From a virus (taxonomy: Duplodnaviria; Caudoviricetes): a stretch of 43,424 bases of DNA. Location: IMG/VR virus record IMGVR_UViG_3300011335_000213, positions 1 through 43,424 of that record; one strand, 5' to 3'. The notes beneath the pieces are model-generated. The model had not been told where the DNA came from, ran no database searches, and saw only the letters and a program-made list of their open reading frames with translations. The position numbers and the translations under genes were made by a program. Positions 1 to 8,705 of the stretch are shown here, piece by piece. Position 1 is the first letter of the stretch, and the number at the start of each line of letters is the position of its first letter.

Positions 1-2
1 TG

Positions 3-2204
3 GCAAAAAATGTAGAAGAAGGAGCAGATTGGTTAAAGAGAGCCCGAGGTGGATCAGTTTATGACATGGCTGCTCGGTATGCTGATGGTGGCCCAGTCGA
101 TAAACCAGTAGAAGATGACAGGGCTGCAACTCCTGAATCTTTAGCCGCCGCTTATCCTCAATACGACGAAGCTCTTAAAGATGCTTATAAGAGCATTGGT
201 CGTAGCTGGGAGCAGGGAACAATTGATGTTCCTTCTTACAATTCTTGGATGAACAATCTTTCAAGTGGAGCTTTTAACCCGAAAGATCTTAAAACTACAT
301 TTGCAAAAAATTTGGGAGAAGGAGCAGATTGGTTAAAGAGGGATGCAACTCCTGAGTCTTTAGCTCGCGATTATCCTCAATACAATGCCGATTTAATCGA
401 CGCTTACAAGAGCATTGGTCGTAGCTGGGAGCAGGGAACAATTGACGCTCCTTCTTACAATTCTTGGATGAACAATCTTTCAAGTGGAGCTTTTAACCCG
501 AAAGATCTTAAAACTACATTTGCAAAAAATTTGAAAGAAGGAGCAGATTGGTTAAAGAGGCCTGGCGGCGGTGGCAGTACCACTCAAGACAAACTAGAAA
601 AAGCAGCAATTAATGCTGCATTATCTTATGCTATAGGCCCAACATATGATTATGCCAATGCTGGGCGTCAGTTTATACAAGGCGATATCCCAGGCGCTGC
701 AACCAGTTTTGTATCAGGTTTAACGGGCGGCGCATCAAATATTCTGAAAAAGTTTAGATTTGAAGATGGCGGTCCAGTGAAGACTCACTACCAAACAGCT
801 GGCGCTGTCAGGCTACCTAGCGGCTACATAAGCCCTGATGAAGAAGAAGATACTAATCAACGGTTTCGCGCATTTCGCGAAACACAGCCTGAAGCAGAAA
901 CTAACCCTATTGGAGTGCGCTCTGTTCCTATGCCAATAACTAATGAGATGCCTGTTGTTGCAGCTGCGCCTAAGGCTGCATTGACAAATATTGCTATTAA
1001 CAATGCTAAGAATGCATCTGAGCCTGCTCCTGTTGCAGCGCCTAAGGCTCCGGCAGCTTTGCCTTTTGGCAATGAACGCATGGGTAACATTCAAGCTTTG
1101 CTTGCTGCATACGGTCCAAAAGATAGCGCTTATTCTGCGGATTTAAAAACAGCTCGCGATAGTGCTAAAGCTGAAACTGATGCTTTTACTAAGATGCTAA
1201 CAGGCGCTATGAACTCGCCTGAAGATGCTCAAAGCTCTAAAGCCGAAATATATTTCCGTTTAGCAGCTGCGTTTGGCGCACCTACTAAGACAGGCCAGTT
1301 CAGTGAGAATCTTGGCATGGTTGGTAAAGAGCTTGGTGAATACGCTAAGAACAAACGCGCAGTTGGTCAGCAAAAACTTGCTCTTGCTCTTGAAGGTCAG
1401 AAGATGAAGATGACCGCAGCAAAAGAAGACTTGAATACATTGCGTGCTTTGACTGGTGAGGAAATGAAAGACAAGCGGGCCATCGCAACTGAACTAATTA
1501 AAGATTACATCAAGTCTGGCGAACCCCAGTCTACTGCTGGTAAACAAGCTCTTGATGAAGGTCTAGTAGCTGGTACTCCTGCTTACCAAAAACGTGTTGC
1601 TGAGATTGGCAATGCAAACGTAGAAGCTAAGATGGCGCAGATTACAGCCGCATTGGCAGGTGTTCAAACAGCTGCCGCTAACTTAAATGTTACTCAAGCC
1701 AACCTTGCTTTGAACCAAGAAAAATTAAATAATCTGAAAACTCAACAAGCTAAGTTGACAAGCCCTGAACTTAAACTTAAAGTTGAGGCAGAAGACCTTA
1801 TTGCTTCTAGCAAGCAGTCTTTAGCTGACTTAAAACAGGCTTACGCGCTGAACCCAAACTCGCTAGCTGGTGGCTGGTTGGACAAAGGTCAACAATGGAT
1901 GTATGAGGCAGCAGGTTCTAAGGATCCTACAATCGTCAACACCAGGGTGCTTAACAACCTATTGAGTTCTCAAGGTCTTGCTAAACTCCGCGCTACGTTT
2001 GGTGGTAACCCAACTGAAGGCGAACGCTCAATCTTGCTTGAGCTTGAAGGTATTGGTGCTAAGACTAAAGATGAACGTGGACAGATCATTAAACGGGCTT
2101 ATAAAGTGCTGCAAGACCGTCAAGCTCGTGAACAAACTCGCTTAAATCTAATCAATCAAGGTGCTTATCGTGACACTGCTCCTATTGAAGGAGGAACTAA
2201 CTAA
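3..2204 (+). CDS. Large virion-associated / putative DNA-ejection protein, 5'-truncated
   Basis: The frame is open from base 3 (AKNVEEGADWLKRARGG...) and continues into the listed 66..2204 ORF. It has N-terminal 73-aa repeats and an Ala/Lys/Gln-rich helical C-terminal half, and abuts a second ejection-type gene (TAATG overlap). Confidence 0.6.
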   Translation, partial: AKNVEEGADWLKRARGGSVYDMAARYADGGPVDKPVEDDRAATPESLAAAYPQYDEALKDAYKSIGRSWEQGTIDVPSYNSWMNNLSSGAFNPKDLKTTFAKNLGEGADWLKRDATPESLARDYPQYNADLIDAYKSIGRSWEQGTIDAPSYNSWMNNLSSGAFNPKDLKTTFAKNLKEGADWLKRPGGGGSTTQDKLEKAAINAALSYAIGPTYDYANAGRQFIQGDIPGAATSFVSGLTGGASNILKKFRFEDGGPVKTHYQTAGAVRLPSGYISPDEEEDTNQRFRAFRETQPEAETNPIGVRSVPMPITNEMPVVAAAPKAALTNIAINNAKNASEPAPVAAPKAPAALPFGNERMGNIQALLAAYGPKDSAYSADLKTARDSAKAETDAFTKMLTGAMNSPEDAQSSKAEIYFRLAAAFGAPTKTGQFSENLGMVGKELGEYAKNKRAVGQQKLALALEGQKMKMTAAKEDLNTLRALTGEEMKDKRAIATELIKDYIKSGEPQSTAGKQALDEGLVAGTPAYQKRVAEIGNANVEAKMAQITAALAGVQTAAANLNVTQANLALNQEKLNNLKTQQAKLTSPELKLKVEAEDLIASSKQSLADLKQAYALNPNSLAGGWLDKGQQWMYEAAGSKDPTIVNTRVLNNLLSSQGLAKLRATFGGNPTEGERSILLELEGIGAKTKDERGQIIKRAYKVLQDRQAREQTRLNLINQGAYRDTAPIEGGTN
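122..559 (+). repeat. Two tandem 219-bp (73-aa) in-frame repeats, with the tail of a third copy at 1-40
   Basis: GCAACTCCTGA occurs at 126 and 345; GGAGCAGATTGGTTAAAGAG at 21, 321 and 540. Peptide ATPESLA..YPQY...YKSIGRSWEQGTID.PSYNSWMNNLSSGAFNPKDLKTTFAKNL.EGADWLKR occurs twice. Confidence 0.95.
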
Positions 2205-4255
2205 TGGCTACATCTAATCCTTACGTTGGTGCGGCTAGAGCTGCTATAGGTCAAGGCCTTGGCATGGGTTGGGGAGATGAAGCCGAAGCATGGCTTCGTT
2301 CTAAGCTTGCTCAAAGCCCTGGCTATGAATCAGAACTTGCCAAGATCAATAAAGAATATGCTCAGTATTCTCAAGAAAATCCATTTGTAGCTCCTGCCTT
2401 GGAGTTTGTAGGAGGTGCTGCTCCGGCCTTAACAGCAATGTTAGCCACTCCTGCTACAGGCGGCGCAGCAGCGCCAGCTGCTGTTGCTGCAACTGCTCGC
2501 ACAGCAGGAGCTTTGTCGCGCTTGATGGCCAATCCTTTAGCTAGAGGGGCGGCAACAGGTATGGGTACAGGCGTTGTTTCAGGTGCAGGTTCTGCCCAAC
2601 CTGGCGAACGTGGCGAAGGTGCATTGGTTGGCGGGACTGTTGGTACTGTACTTGGTGGCGGTGCTCCTTTGGTTATTCGTGGTGGACAAGGCGCTGCAAG
2701 ATTCTTAAAAGACAGATTGAGTCGCGACCCTAATTACATTGAAAGCCGAGCTGCTGCAAAGGTCAATGCGGCATTAGACCGGTCAGGCATCACTCCAAAA
2801 GAAGCAGCAGCTTCAATGTCATTAGACAGAGCTGGAGGTGTGCCTTCTACATTAGCAAACACAACTAGGCCAACTGTCGGGCTTGCAGAGATTGTGGCAG
2901 CTAAAAGTGAAAAAGCAGCTGACACGCTAGCTGATGTGCTTGAAGCCAATAAGTCAGGAATTAGAGAACGTGTAGTTGGTCAGACACAACGTGGTGTTGG
3001 AAACAAAGGCAACTTTTACCAGCAAGAACAAGACATGGTTCAGAACTTGCGTGCCAATGCAGACACTTTGTATGACGAGGCTTACAAGTTTGGCACAGTT
3101 AATGATCCTACGATTAACCGTGTATTGCAAAATCCAAGATTTAAGTCATTCTTTGATGAAGCTAAAAAGATTGCAGACAATGAACGTCTTTCAGCAGAAT
3201 TGCGTGGAGAGAATCCTGCTAAGTACGTACTAGACGACATTTTTACTGCCGATGAAGTTGGCAATGTTGTTTTGTCAAAACTGCCTGATGTCCGCACGCT
3301 TGACTATATCAAGCGTGGCATGGATGCTGTGATTGATAAAGGTTACAGAGGCGAAGGTATGAGCAGCGCAGAAGCTAATAGCTTAAAAGGCTTAAAGAAG
3401 TCTATGGTCTCTGCTTTAGACAAAGCCACAGAAGTTAATGGTGTTTCTGCCTATAAAACAGCTAGGGGCCAGTATGCAGGCGATGCAGAAGTGTTAGAGG
3501 CTCTGCGCACAGGTATGTCTGACTTTAAAAAGTTAGACCCTGAACAAGTCATTAGCATGATGAAAGGCTTTAGCACGGCAGAACAAGAAGCCTTTAAAAC
3601 AGGAGCTATCCGCAACGTGTATGCCACTGTGATGGATCCTAGTGGCAACATTAATGCAGCACAACGCGTTATTGGTTCTCCAGAAGCTAGAGATAGATTG
3701 AAAGCATTGTTCCCAAGTCAAGCAAAGTTTGACATGTTTGAAGCTGCTTTAAAGCGTGAAAGCCAACTCTTTCAACAATCAAATAAAATTTTGTCAGGCT
3801 CTCCTACAGCTAGAAGGCAAGCTGGCATTGAAGCTTTTGATGAAGGTGAAAGCGCAATAAATGCCTTTGTTGGCAATTCCATAACCGGCGGCTGGATCAA
3901 TTCTTTGATGAATATGGCTGCAACTACAGCAACAAAATCAGGCATAAGCGATGAAGTTGCAGCCAAGGTTGCAAAGCTTCTTTCTTCTTCTAATCCTGCA
4001 GAAGTTGCAGCCGCTGTAAAGATCTTAGAACGCAACGCTGCTAAAGGCCAACAAGCTGTTACAAAGCTCAATCGAGGCGAAACAGGAGCAATTATGGGAT
4101 CAACCATAGCATCATCGCCTTCACCTATTGACCCTAATGCCAAGCCTCCAAGCATTGAAGCTGATATGCAGCTTGATTCCAATGTCCCGGGCCAACAAAT
4201 GATAGGGCCTGATATTGATGCCGATATTGCTGCGGACATGAAGAAAATGAAGTAA
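2204..4255 (+). CDS. Putative internal virion / DNA-ejection protein
   Basis: 683 aa. The N-terminal GQGLGMGWGDEAEA motif and Gly/Ala-rich hydrophobic segments resemble podovirus ejection proteins. Last gene before a terminator. Confidence 0.55.
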   Translation: MATSNPYVGAARAAIGQGLGMGWGDEAEAWLRSKLAQSPGYESELAKINKEYAQYSQENPFVAPALEFVGGAAPALTAMLATPATGGAAAPAAVAATARTAGALSRLMANPLARGAATGMGTGVVSGAGSAQPGERGEGALVGGTVGTVLGGGAPLVIRGGQGAARFLKDRLSRDPNYIESRAAAKVNAALDRSGITPKEAAASMSLDRAGGVPSTLANTTRPTVGLAEIVAAKSEKAADTLADVLEANKSGIRERVVGQTQRGVGNKGNFYQQEQDMVQNLRANADTLYDEAYKFGTVNDPTINRVLQNPRFKSFFDEAKKIADNERLSAELRGENPAKYVLDDIFTADEVGNVVLSKLPDVRTLDYIKRGMDAVIDKGYRGEGMSSAEANSLKGLKKSMVSALDKATEVNGVSAYKTARGQYAGDAEVLEALRTGMSDFKKLDPEQVISMMKGFSTAEQEAFKTGAIRNVYATVMDPSGNINAAQRVIGSPEARDRLKALFPSQAKFDMFEAALKRESQLFQQSNKILSGSPTARRQAGIEAFDEGESAINAFVGNSITGGWINSLMNMAATTATKSGISDEVAAKVAKLLSSSNPAEVAAAVKILERNAAKGQQAVTKLNRGETGAIMGSTIASSPSPIDPNAKPPSIEADMQLDSNVPGQQMIGPDIDADIAADMKKMK

Positions 4256-4294
4256 AATTTAGTCACTGCCTTTTGCGAGCAGTTGCCAACTTTT

Positions 4295-4321
4295 AACCCC
4301 GCTTTGGCGGGGTTCTTTTTT
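4295..4321 (+). terminator. Rho-independent terminator between convergent arms
   Basis: AACCCCGC-TTTG-GCGGGGTT followed by CTTTTTT; a T-run on the other side of the stem reads as an A-run on the minus strand. Confidence 0.9.
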
Positions 4322-4502
4322 AAAAGTTCTCATCATAAAACTTGCGTAGTACTTCATGCAAGTCTTGAGTTCTAAACTCCCCGCCTTGACCGCTTTTTAT
4401 GTCTCCTATCCAGATAGTTCCTTGGTTAGGAACTCTGCCAGGCGCAATAAACAGGTCTTCTACTTGAATGTGCCAAGGGCAGCTTGGCTCAAACTTTTCC
4501 AT
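4320..4502 (-). CDS. Hypothetical protein
   Basis: 60-aa ORF starting 2 nt after the stop of the upstream gene, within a co-oriented run. Confidence 0.65.
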   Translation of the reverse strand: MEKFEPSCPWHIQVEDLFIAPGRVPNQGTIWIGDIKSGQGGEFRTQDLHEVLRKFYDENF

Positions 4503-4504
4503 GA

Positions 4505-5137
4505 TTAATCTTTCTTTTCATTGATGTCATAAAACCAGTCATCACCTGCTGACCACTTACGCGTGCCATCCACGGTCCATAGTCTTTGAGCAGCTTGAAA
4601 GTCAGGAAATTTTGTCTCAGCAGGAATCAAAGACTGGTCATACCACAAACATCTGTTGTTTGGTTGGCATGCAAACTGGCCATTGTCCAATTGAATCCAA
4701 TTAAACGATTTGTGTTCCTCGGCTTGCTCTGTAAAACCTGTATCTAGGTCCATGCCATCAGCGCAGAAGTCCACAGTAAACAAGTAGCGACCAAAGTGCC
4801 ACTGCTTATCTTTGCCTAAGAACTTCACGCCAAGATTGCGTAGACCAATCTTTTCAAGAATGGTAAACTTGTAGCCCATGCAATCCCATAATTGCAGCGT
4901 ATCAATTGGCAAATCACCATAGTCTTCTTTCCACACATAAGCATGTATCGGCAGCTTGTCATACAACGCACCGTACGCGGGCAATAGTGACTCAATGCGG
5001 AACACTTGGCCACGCAAGGCTTTCAAGCTTACCCAGATTGCCGGCTCTAATTCGCCGTGACCCTTGTGGTCGTTGTAAAGAAACTCACGCTTTACAAAGC
5101 ATTTCATTGGCGGTAAGGATGCCACGATATAACTCAT
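4505..5137 (-). CDS. Conserved phage protein of unknown function
   Basis: 210 aa, Trp/aromatic-rich globular sequence (YGALYDKLPIHAY, LQLWDC, NGQFACQPNNR); looks like a real protein, function not recognised. Confidence 0.8.
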   Translation of the reverse strand: MSYIVASLPPMKCFVKREFLYNDHKGHGELEPAIWVSLKALRGQVFRIESLLPAYGALYDKLPIHAYVWKEDYGDLPIDTLQLWDCMGYKFTILEKIGLRNLGVKFLGKDKQWHFGRYLFTVDFCADGMDLDTGFTEQAEEHKSFNWIQLDNGQFACQPNNRCLWYDQSLIPAETKFPDFQAAQRLWTVDGTRKWSAGDDWFYDINEKKD

Positions 5138-5167
5138 GTGTTTCTCTCTTTAAGTCTTGTGTTTTCT

Positions 5168-5299
5168 TCAGTCATCATCACCTCCGTTCTGTGCTGTGTA
5201 AACCATCCAACCAATCATGGCACATACAAACACAAAGAGAATAGAGCCTAAGGCCAACATTGCAGCCATTACAAAAACATTTACAAGCATTTCTAACAT
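5168..5299 (-). CDS. Small membrane protein (43 aa)
   Basis: Read from sequence: MLEMLVNVFVMAAMLALGSILFVFVCAMIGWMVYTAQNGGDDD; GAGG upstream. Confidence 0.6.
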   Translation of the reverse strand: MLEMLVNVFVMAAMLALGSILFVFVCAMIGWMVYTAQNGGDDD

Positions 5300-5448
5300 G
5301 TTTTTTTCCTCTCAAACCTACTATCTTTCAAAAATGCCCTTAACCATTTACCTTTACCAAGTTTTACCCACTCTTCGTATTCGCTCTGTGTTAATTTGGC
5401 GCTAATGCTTCTTCCGTTTTTGGTCATTTCACGTTTTGGTTTCAGCAT
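5293..5448 (-). CDS. Small basic putative ribbon-helix-helix DNA-binding protein (51 aa)
   Basis: Read from sequence: MLKPKREMTKNGRSISAKLTQSEYEEWVKLGKGKWLRAFLKDSRFERKKTC; an alternating strand followed by two helices. Confidence 0.55.
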   Translation of the reverse strand: MLKPKREMTKNGRSISAKLTQSEYEEWVKLGKGKWLRAFLKDSRFERKKTC

Positions 5449-5623
5449 CTTTTCTCATCTTTACTATTGAATCTTGAAGTCTATACTCACAACTGTGCTG
5501 GTTGCCAGCCGATTCAGTTAAAAACACCAGCTTGCACTCTGTGCAGTACCAAGCTGAACCTTGCTCAACAATGTTTGTTTTGTTTTTAGTCCTACCAAAA
5601 AATGTTCTTATGTGTTTAAGCAT
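5429..5623 (-). CDS. Small zinc-finger-like protein
   Basis: 64 aa with CxxC...HxC (CTEC...HSC); overlaps both neighbours. Confidence 0.6.
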   Translation of the reverse strand: MLKHIRTFFGRTKNKTNIVEQGSAWYCTECKLVFLTESAGNQHSCEYRLQDSIVKMRKDAETKT

Positions 5624-5810
5624 TCTGTTGCTCCTTCCAGCGTTTACACAGACCTTTGGTTGTCTTGCTCTTTGATTTCTTGTTGCACATTTCGCTAATT
5701 GACCGTTCTTGTGCTTTTTGTTTTAGTGTTAAGGGCAGTGATGGTTCTGGAAATAAACCATTGAACCCCACAGTGCCTAGCAAAGCGCTGATGATGATTC
5801 GATCAATCAT
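5616..5810 (-). CDS. Hypothetical protein with N-terminal hydrophobic segment
   Basis: 64 aa, ATGA overlap with the upstream ORF. Confidence 0.6.
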   Translation of the reverse strand: MIDRIIISALLGTVGFNGLFPEPSLPLTLKQKAQERSISEMCNKKSKSKTTKGLCKRWKEQQNA

Positions 5811-6028
5811 TTGTAGCCTCCATCCTCTGTGTGTTTCAACAACCGTGATTCAAGACGCTTGATCCGGTCCTCGTTGTAGTGCATAGCAGAGTAGGCGTAC
5901 TCAGCCGCAGTCTCGGCTTCTAATTTACGCAAGTGTGCTTCTTGTAGTTCTGCACAGATTACCTCGTAGATAGTCTTTGGTCTGAGAATGTCCTTGATAT
6001 ACTTGACTGTTGTCTCTCTGAATGTCAT
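5807..6028 (-). CDS. Hypothetical coiled-coil protein
   Basis: 73 aa, in a co-oriented run with an AAGGA RBS. Confidence 0.7.
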   Translation of the reverse strand: MTFRETTVKYIKDILRPKTIYEVICAELQEAHLRKLEAETAAEYAYSAMHYNEDRIKRLESRLLKHTEDGGYK

Positions 6029-6032
6029 GCTG

Positions 6033-6302
6033 TTATCCTTGAGCTGCTAAAAGTTCAACTTCAACTTCTTTTACACGATCGCGCAAGATAATTGCTTCTT
6101 GCTCAAGCAAGTCAATCTTCTTTTCCATACGCTGCCTAGTCATTTTCTCAGCGTGCACCCAACCGATTAAAGCTCCTTCATTGACAACTTTATCGGCAAA
6201 TTTTTTAAAGTCTTTGCGACTTAAAAAACCACCAGCAACATCTATTGGAGGTGTAAATTTTTCAATTAAAAGGCCTAGTTCTTCTTGCATTTTTTTAGAC
6301 AT
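6033..6302 (-). CDS. Hypothetical protein
   Basis: 89 aa, strong AAGGAG RBS. Confidence 0.75.
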   Translation of the reverse strand: MSKKMQEELGLLIEKFTPPIDVAGGFLSRKDFKKFADKVVNEGALIGWVHAEKMTRQRMEKKIDLLEQEAIILRDRVKEVEVELLAAQG

Positions 6303-6315
6303 GATTTCTCCTTGA

Positions 6316-6399
6316 TTAAGATGACCACCAAGCTGCCAATAAAAATGCTAAGCCTACACCTATGGCAATAGCTGTTAAGATGTCAAGCAATTTATTCAT
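6316..6399 (-). CDS. Very small membrane peptide (27 aa)
   Basis: MNKLLDILTAIAIGVGLAFLLAAWWSS; AAGGA RBS; first ORF after the repeated promoter element. Confidence 0.55.
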   Translation of the reverse strand: MNKLLDILTAIAIGVGLAFLLAAWWSS

Positions 6400-6412
6400 T
6401 TGTCTTCCTTTA

Positions 6413-6480
6413 CAACATTGAGACGGCGACTTTGCCGTAGATTAATTGTACAACTCTTTTTTGGGTGCCGTACAACTATT
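6413..6480 (-). promoter_or_regulatory. Repeated early promoter plus 5' hairpin element, copy 1
   Basis: Minus strand: TTGTAC-19nt-TACAAT, then ACGGC-AAAGTC-GCCGT-CTCAATGT. Homologous to 14765-14831 and 17928-17993. Confidence 0.8.
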
Positions 6481-6481
6481 T

Positions 6482-8266
6482 TTATTTGATGCCTAAATCT
6501 GCCAAAATGGCATAAGCTTTTGTGATATACCATTGACGGTCAATGTCTTTAGGCGGCTTGGCTGGCAGCAGCATCAAGGGCCTGGCACCATCAGTCATGG
6601 CAACTTTATTCCCATTCTTTTTATAGTTGATTGAACCTGTCTCTCCAAGTGCATAGTACCAACGAACAGCTTTGCCTAAATAGGTATCACCTTTAACTGC
6701 ACCGCCTGTCACAGACCTGACTGATACAAACATCCTGGTATCTTGGCATGACCAGATAGTTGTCTCAATAGGTATGTCTAACTGAAGATGATCAACCACG
6801 GCTTGCACACAAACCTGAGCCGTTGGAGTTTTAGACAACTCAGCATCAGCATATGCACCTTTTGCTTTATAAGAGCCTGAAGGCTTAAAAGCAACGTAAT
6901 TATTGATGTCTCTAGAGTACAGAGCGGTGTAAGCCGTTTCTTCTGTATTAAAGCCAGTTGTCTCTTCCCAGGCTGCAATTATTGAAAATAAGGCCGCTTG
7001 GTTGCGCTTGTGGCAATAGATCACTATGCCATCAGTATTAGCACTCACAACCTGTATGCCAGAGCCTTCAAGAGCCTCTATCAGCATCAACAAGGCCAAT
7101 TGACCTGTAACCGTGGTTTGGATCAACAAATCAGGGCTGTACAGAGCTGACCAGCGGTTGCCGAACTTACCAAAGCTAGAATTGATGACAATTTTTAAAG
7201 AGGCATCAGTGACTTTGTCACCGGTCCTTTTGGCATGGACTCTCTTCTCAACAATCGACTTATAGGCAGTCAAGAACTCAGTGCCAATGTGCTTAGGGTA
7301 AAGCCTTTGGTTAAGAATGATGTTAGGGTAGTAACTAGTCACATCACGGTCAACTAAGATGTAGTCTGTGCCTGCAATGTAGTTGACTGTCTTCTCACAA
7401 GAATGAATGCCGCCAATGCCTAACTGATAAAGCGTTTGGTTGATCTTGACTTTGAGCTTACCTACCTTTTCAGGCTCAGCAGCATCGCCTTTTTCATTAA
7501 GCGTAAAAGCCTCACTCTTAAAGACTTCAAGAGCATTGACCAACTCAGGGTGCTTGAACTTGATGAACTTAGGAGGCACATAGTTAAATGAAAAACCATT
7601 AGGTAAATCAGGCCTATAAATCTTGGTTCCTTTGATTGCTTCAATCTGCTTCTTAATCACAGCTTCTGCAATCTGAGCATCTGACTTTGAGCGTAAGTCA
7701 ATCCCTAACTCCTCGCCCATCTTTTCACGCAAGTCAATCTGGCTGCTTAGCTTGTTAAACAAGTCAATTGTTGTGTCAAGGTCATTAATGCAATAGCTAG
7801 TCAAGAGCTCACGTTCATCTAGCTTGATGATTGCACTAGGCTCAATTGGCAAGTCTTGCATACGCTTACTATGCAAACGGCCGCCATAGATTTTTAGACT
7901 GGCTTTGCCAGGTGCAACATCAATCAAGTCAATGTGGTCTATGTATTTGCACTGAGGCAAGTTGTACTTAGACTCTGTGTCCCAAGCTCTGACATTATTG
8001 ACAATGATGTCATCTGACATGATCTTTAACTTTGAAGCATCAAAGCCTGCAATGGAGCCTTTTAAAAGAAGCAAGTCATATCTATTGCCATTAAAAGTGA
8101 TGATGGTGTATTTGCGCAATACGCTATTCAGCTGCTCTGCATCAAAGTCTGACCAATCAGAACGCTCAAAAGTCACAACCTTGTCATTTGCCATAGACTT
8201 TATGGCAATCAAAAAGTAGTTTGTATAGCACTCAATGTCAAGCACTGCTTTTGTTCTACTCGACAT
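6482..8266 (-). CDS. Family B-type DNA polymerase with 3'-5' exonuclease domain
   Basis: ExoI LDIEC and ExoII FNGNRYD; polymerase motifs DVTSYYP, KIVINSSFGK and SANTDG. Confidence 0.9.
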   Translation of the reverse strand: MSSRTKAVLDIECYTNYFLIAIKSMANDKVVTFERSDWSDFDAEQLNSVLRKYTIITFNGNRYDLLLLKGSIAGFDASKLKIMSDDIIVNNVRAWDTESKYNLPQCKYIDHIDLIDVAPGKASLKIYGGRLHSKRMQDLPIEPSAIIKLDERELLTSYCINDLDTTIDLFNKLSSQIDLREKMGEELGIDLRSKSDAQIAEAVIKKQIEAIKGTKIYRPDLPNGFSFNYVPPKFIKFKHPELVNALEVFKSEAFTLNEKGDAAEPEKVGKLKVKINQTLYQLGIGGIHSCEKTVNYIAGTDYILVDRDVTSYYPNIILNQRLYPKHIGTEFLTAYKSIVEKRVHAKRTGDKVTDASLKIVINSSFGKFGNRWSALYSPDLLIQTTVTGQLALLMLIEALEGSGIQVVSANTDGIVIYCHKRNQAALFSIIAAWEETTGFNTEETAYTALYSRDINNYVAFKPSGSYKAKGAYADAELSKTPTAQVCVQAVVDHLQLDIPIETTIWSCQDTRMFVSVRSVTGGAVKGDTYLGKAVRWYYALGETGSINYKKNGNKVAMTDGARPLMLLPAKPPKDIDRQWYITKAYAILADLGIK

Positions 8267-8684
8267 AGTTGCTCCAAACCCGCCCGCTGCTTAGCCATAA
8301 ATCTTTGCCACTAGAGATGTAGTCTTGGTCTGCAACAATCCTTTTTATTGGCGTGCATAACACTAACTTTGTGCAGCTGATACAAGGAGCTGTTGTGCAA
8401 TAAAGCGTGTCTGCTGCATCAACGTCTTTTAATCTTGCAATTGCATTTTGTTCAGCATGAGCTGACACACACAAATCAAGGCCAGTACCGCTAGGCAATG
8501 TGGAACCAGGACAAGGCGTGTCAATGCAATGTTGCGACCCAGGAAAAGAACCGTTGTAGCCTGAAGATAAGATGTAACCATTGCCGGTTACAACAGCACC
8601 GACTTGACGGCGTGAACAAGTTGCACGTTTAGCAAATGCACGTGCAATATCCATATAAGTTTGATCTAGTGTTGGTCTTGTCAT
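8256..8684 (-). CDS. dCMP deaminase
   Basis: Zn-deaminase motifs HAEQNA and PCISC, plus ATCSRRQVGAV and GYNG. Confidence 0.92.
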   Translation of the reverse strand: MTRPTLDQTYMDIARAFAKRATCSRRQVGAVVTGNGYILSSGYNGSFPGSQHCIDTPCPGSTLPSGTGLDLCVSAHAEQNAIARLKDVDAADTLYCTTAPCISCTKLVLCTPIKRIVADQDYISSGKDLWLSSGRVWSNYVE

Positions 8685-8705
8685 AATTTTAATTGTACAA
8701 CATTT
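8685..8705 (-). promoter_or_regulatory. Internal promoter (-10 TACAAT), probably leaderless
   Basis: Same GTTGTACAATT core as the repeated element; the -10 box ends 7 nt before the ATG and there is no Shine-Dalgarno. Confidence 0.5.

Noticed and set aside
3772-4266. Antisense and alternative-frame ORFs in the track (e.g. 3772-4266, 21740-22174, 29063-29482, 31233-31640, 31630-32115, 36421-36843)
   Set aside because: They shadow well-supported genes on the other strand or frame and lack RBSs or recognisable motifs.
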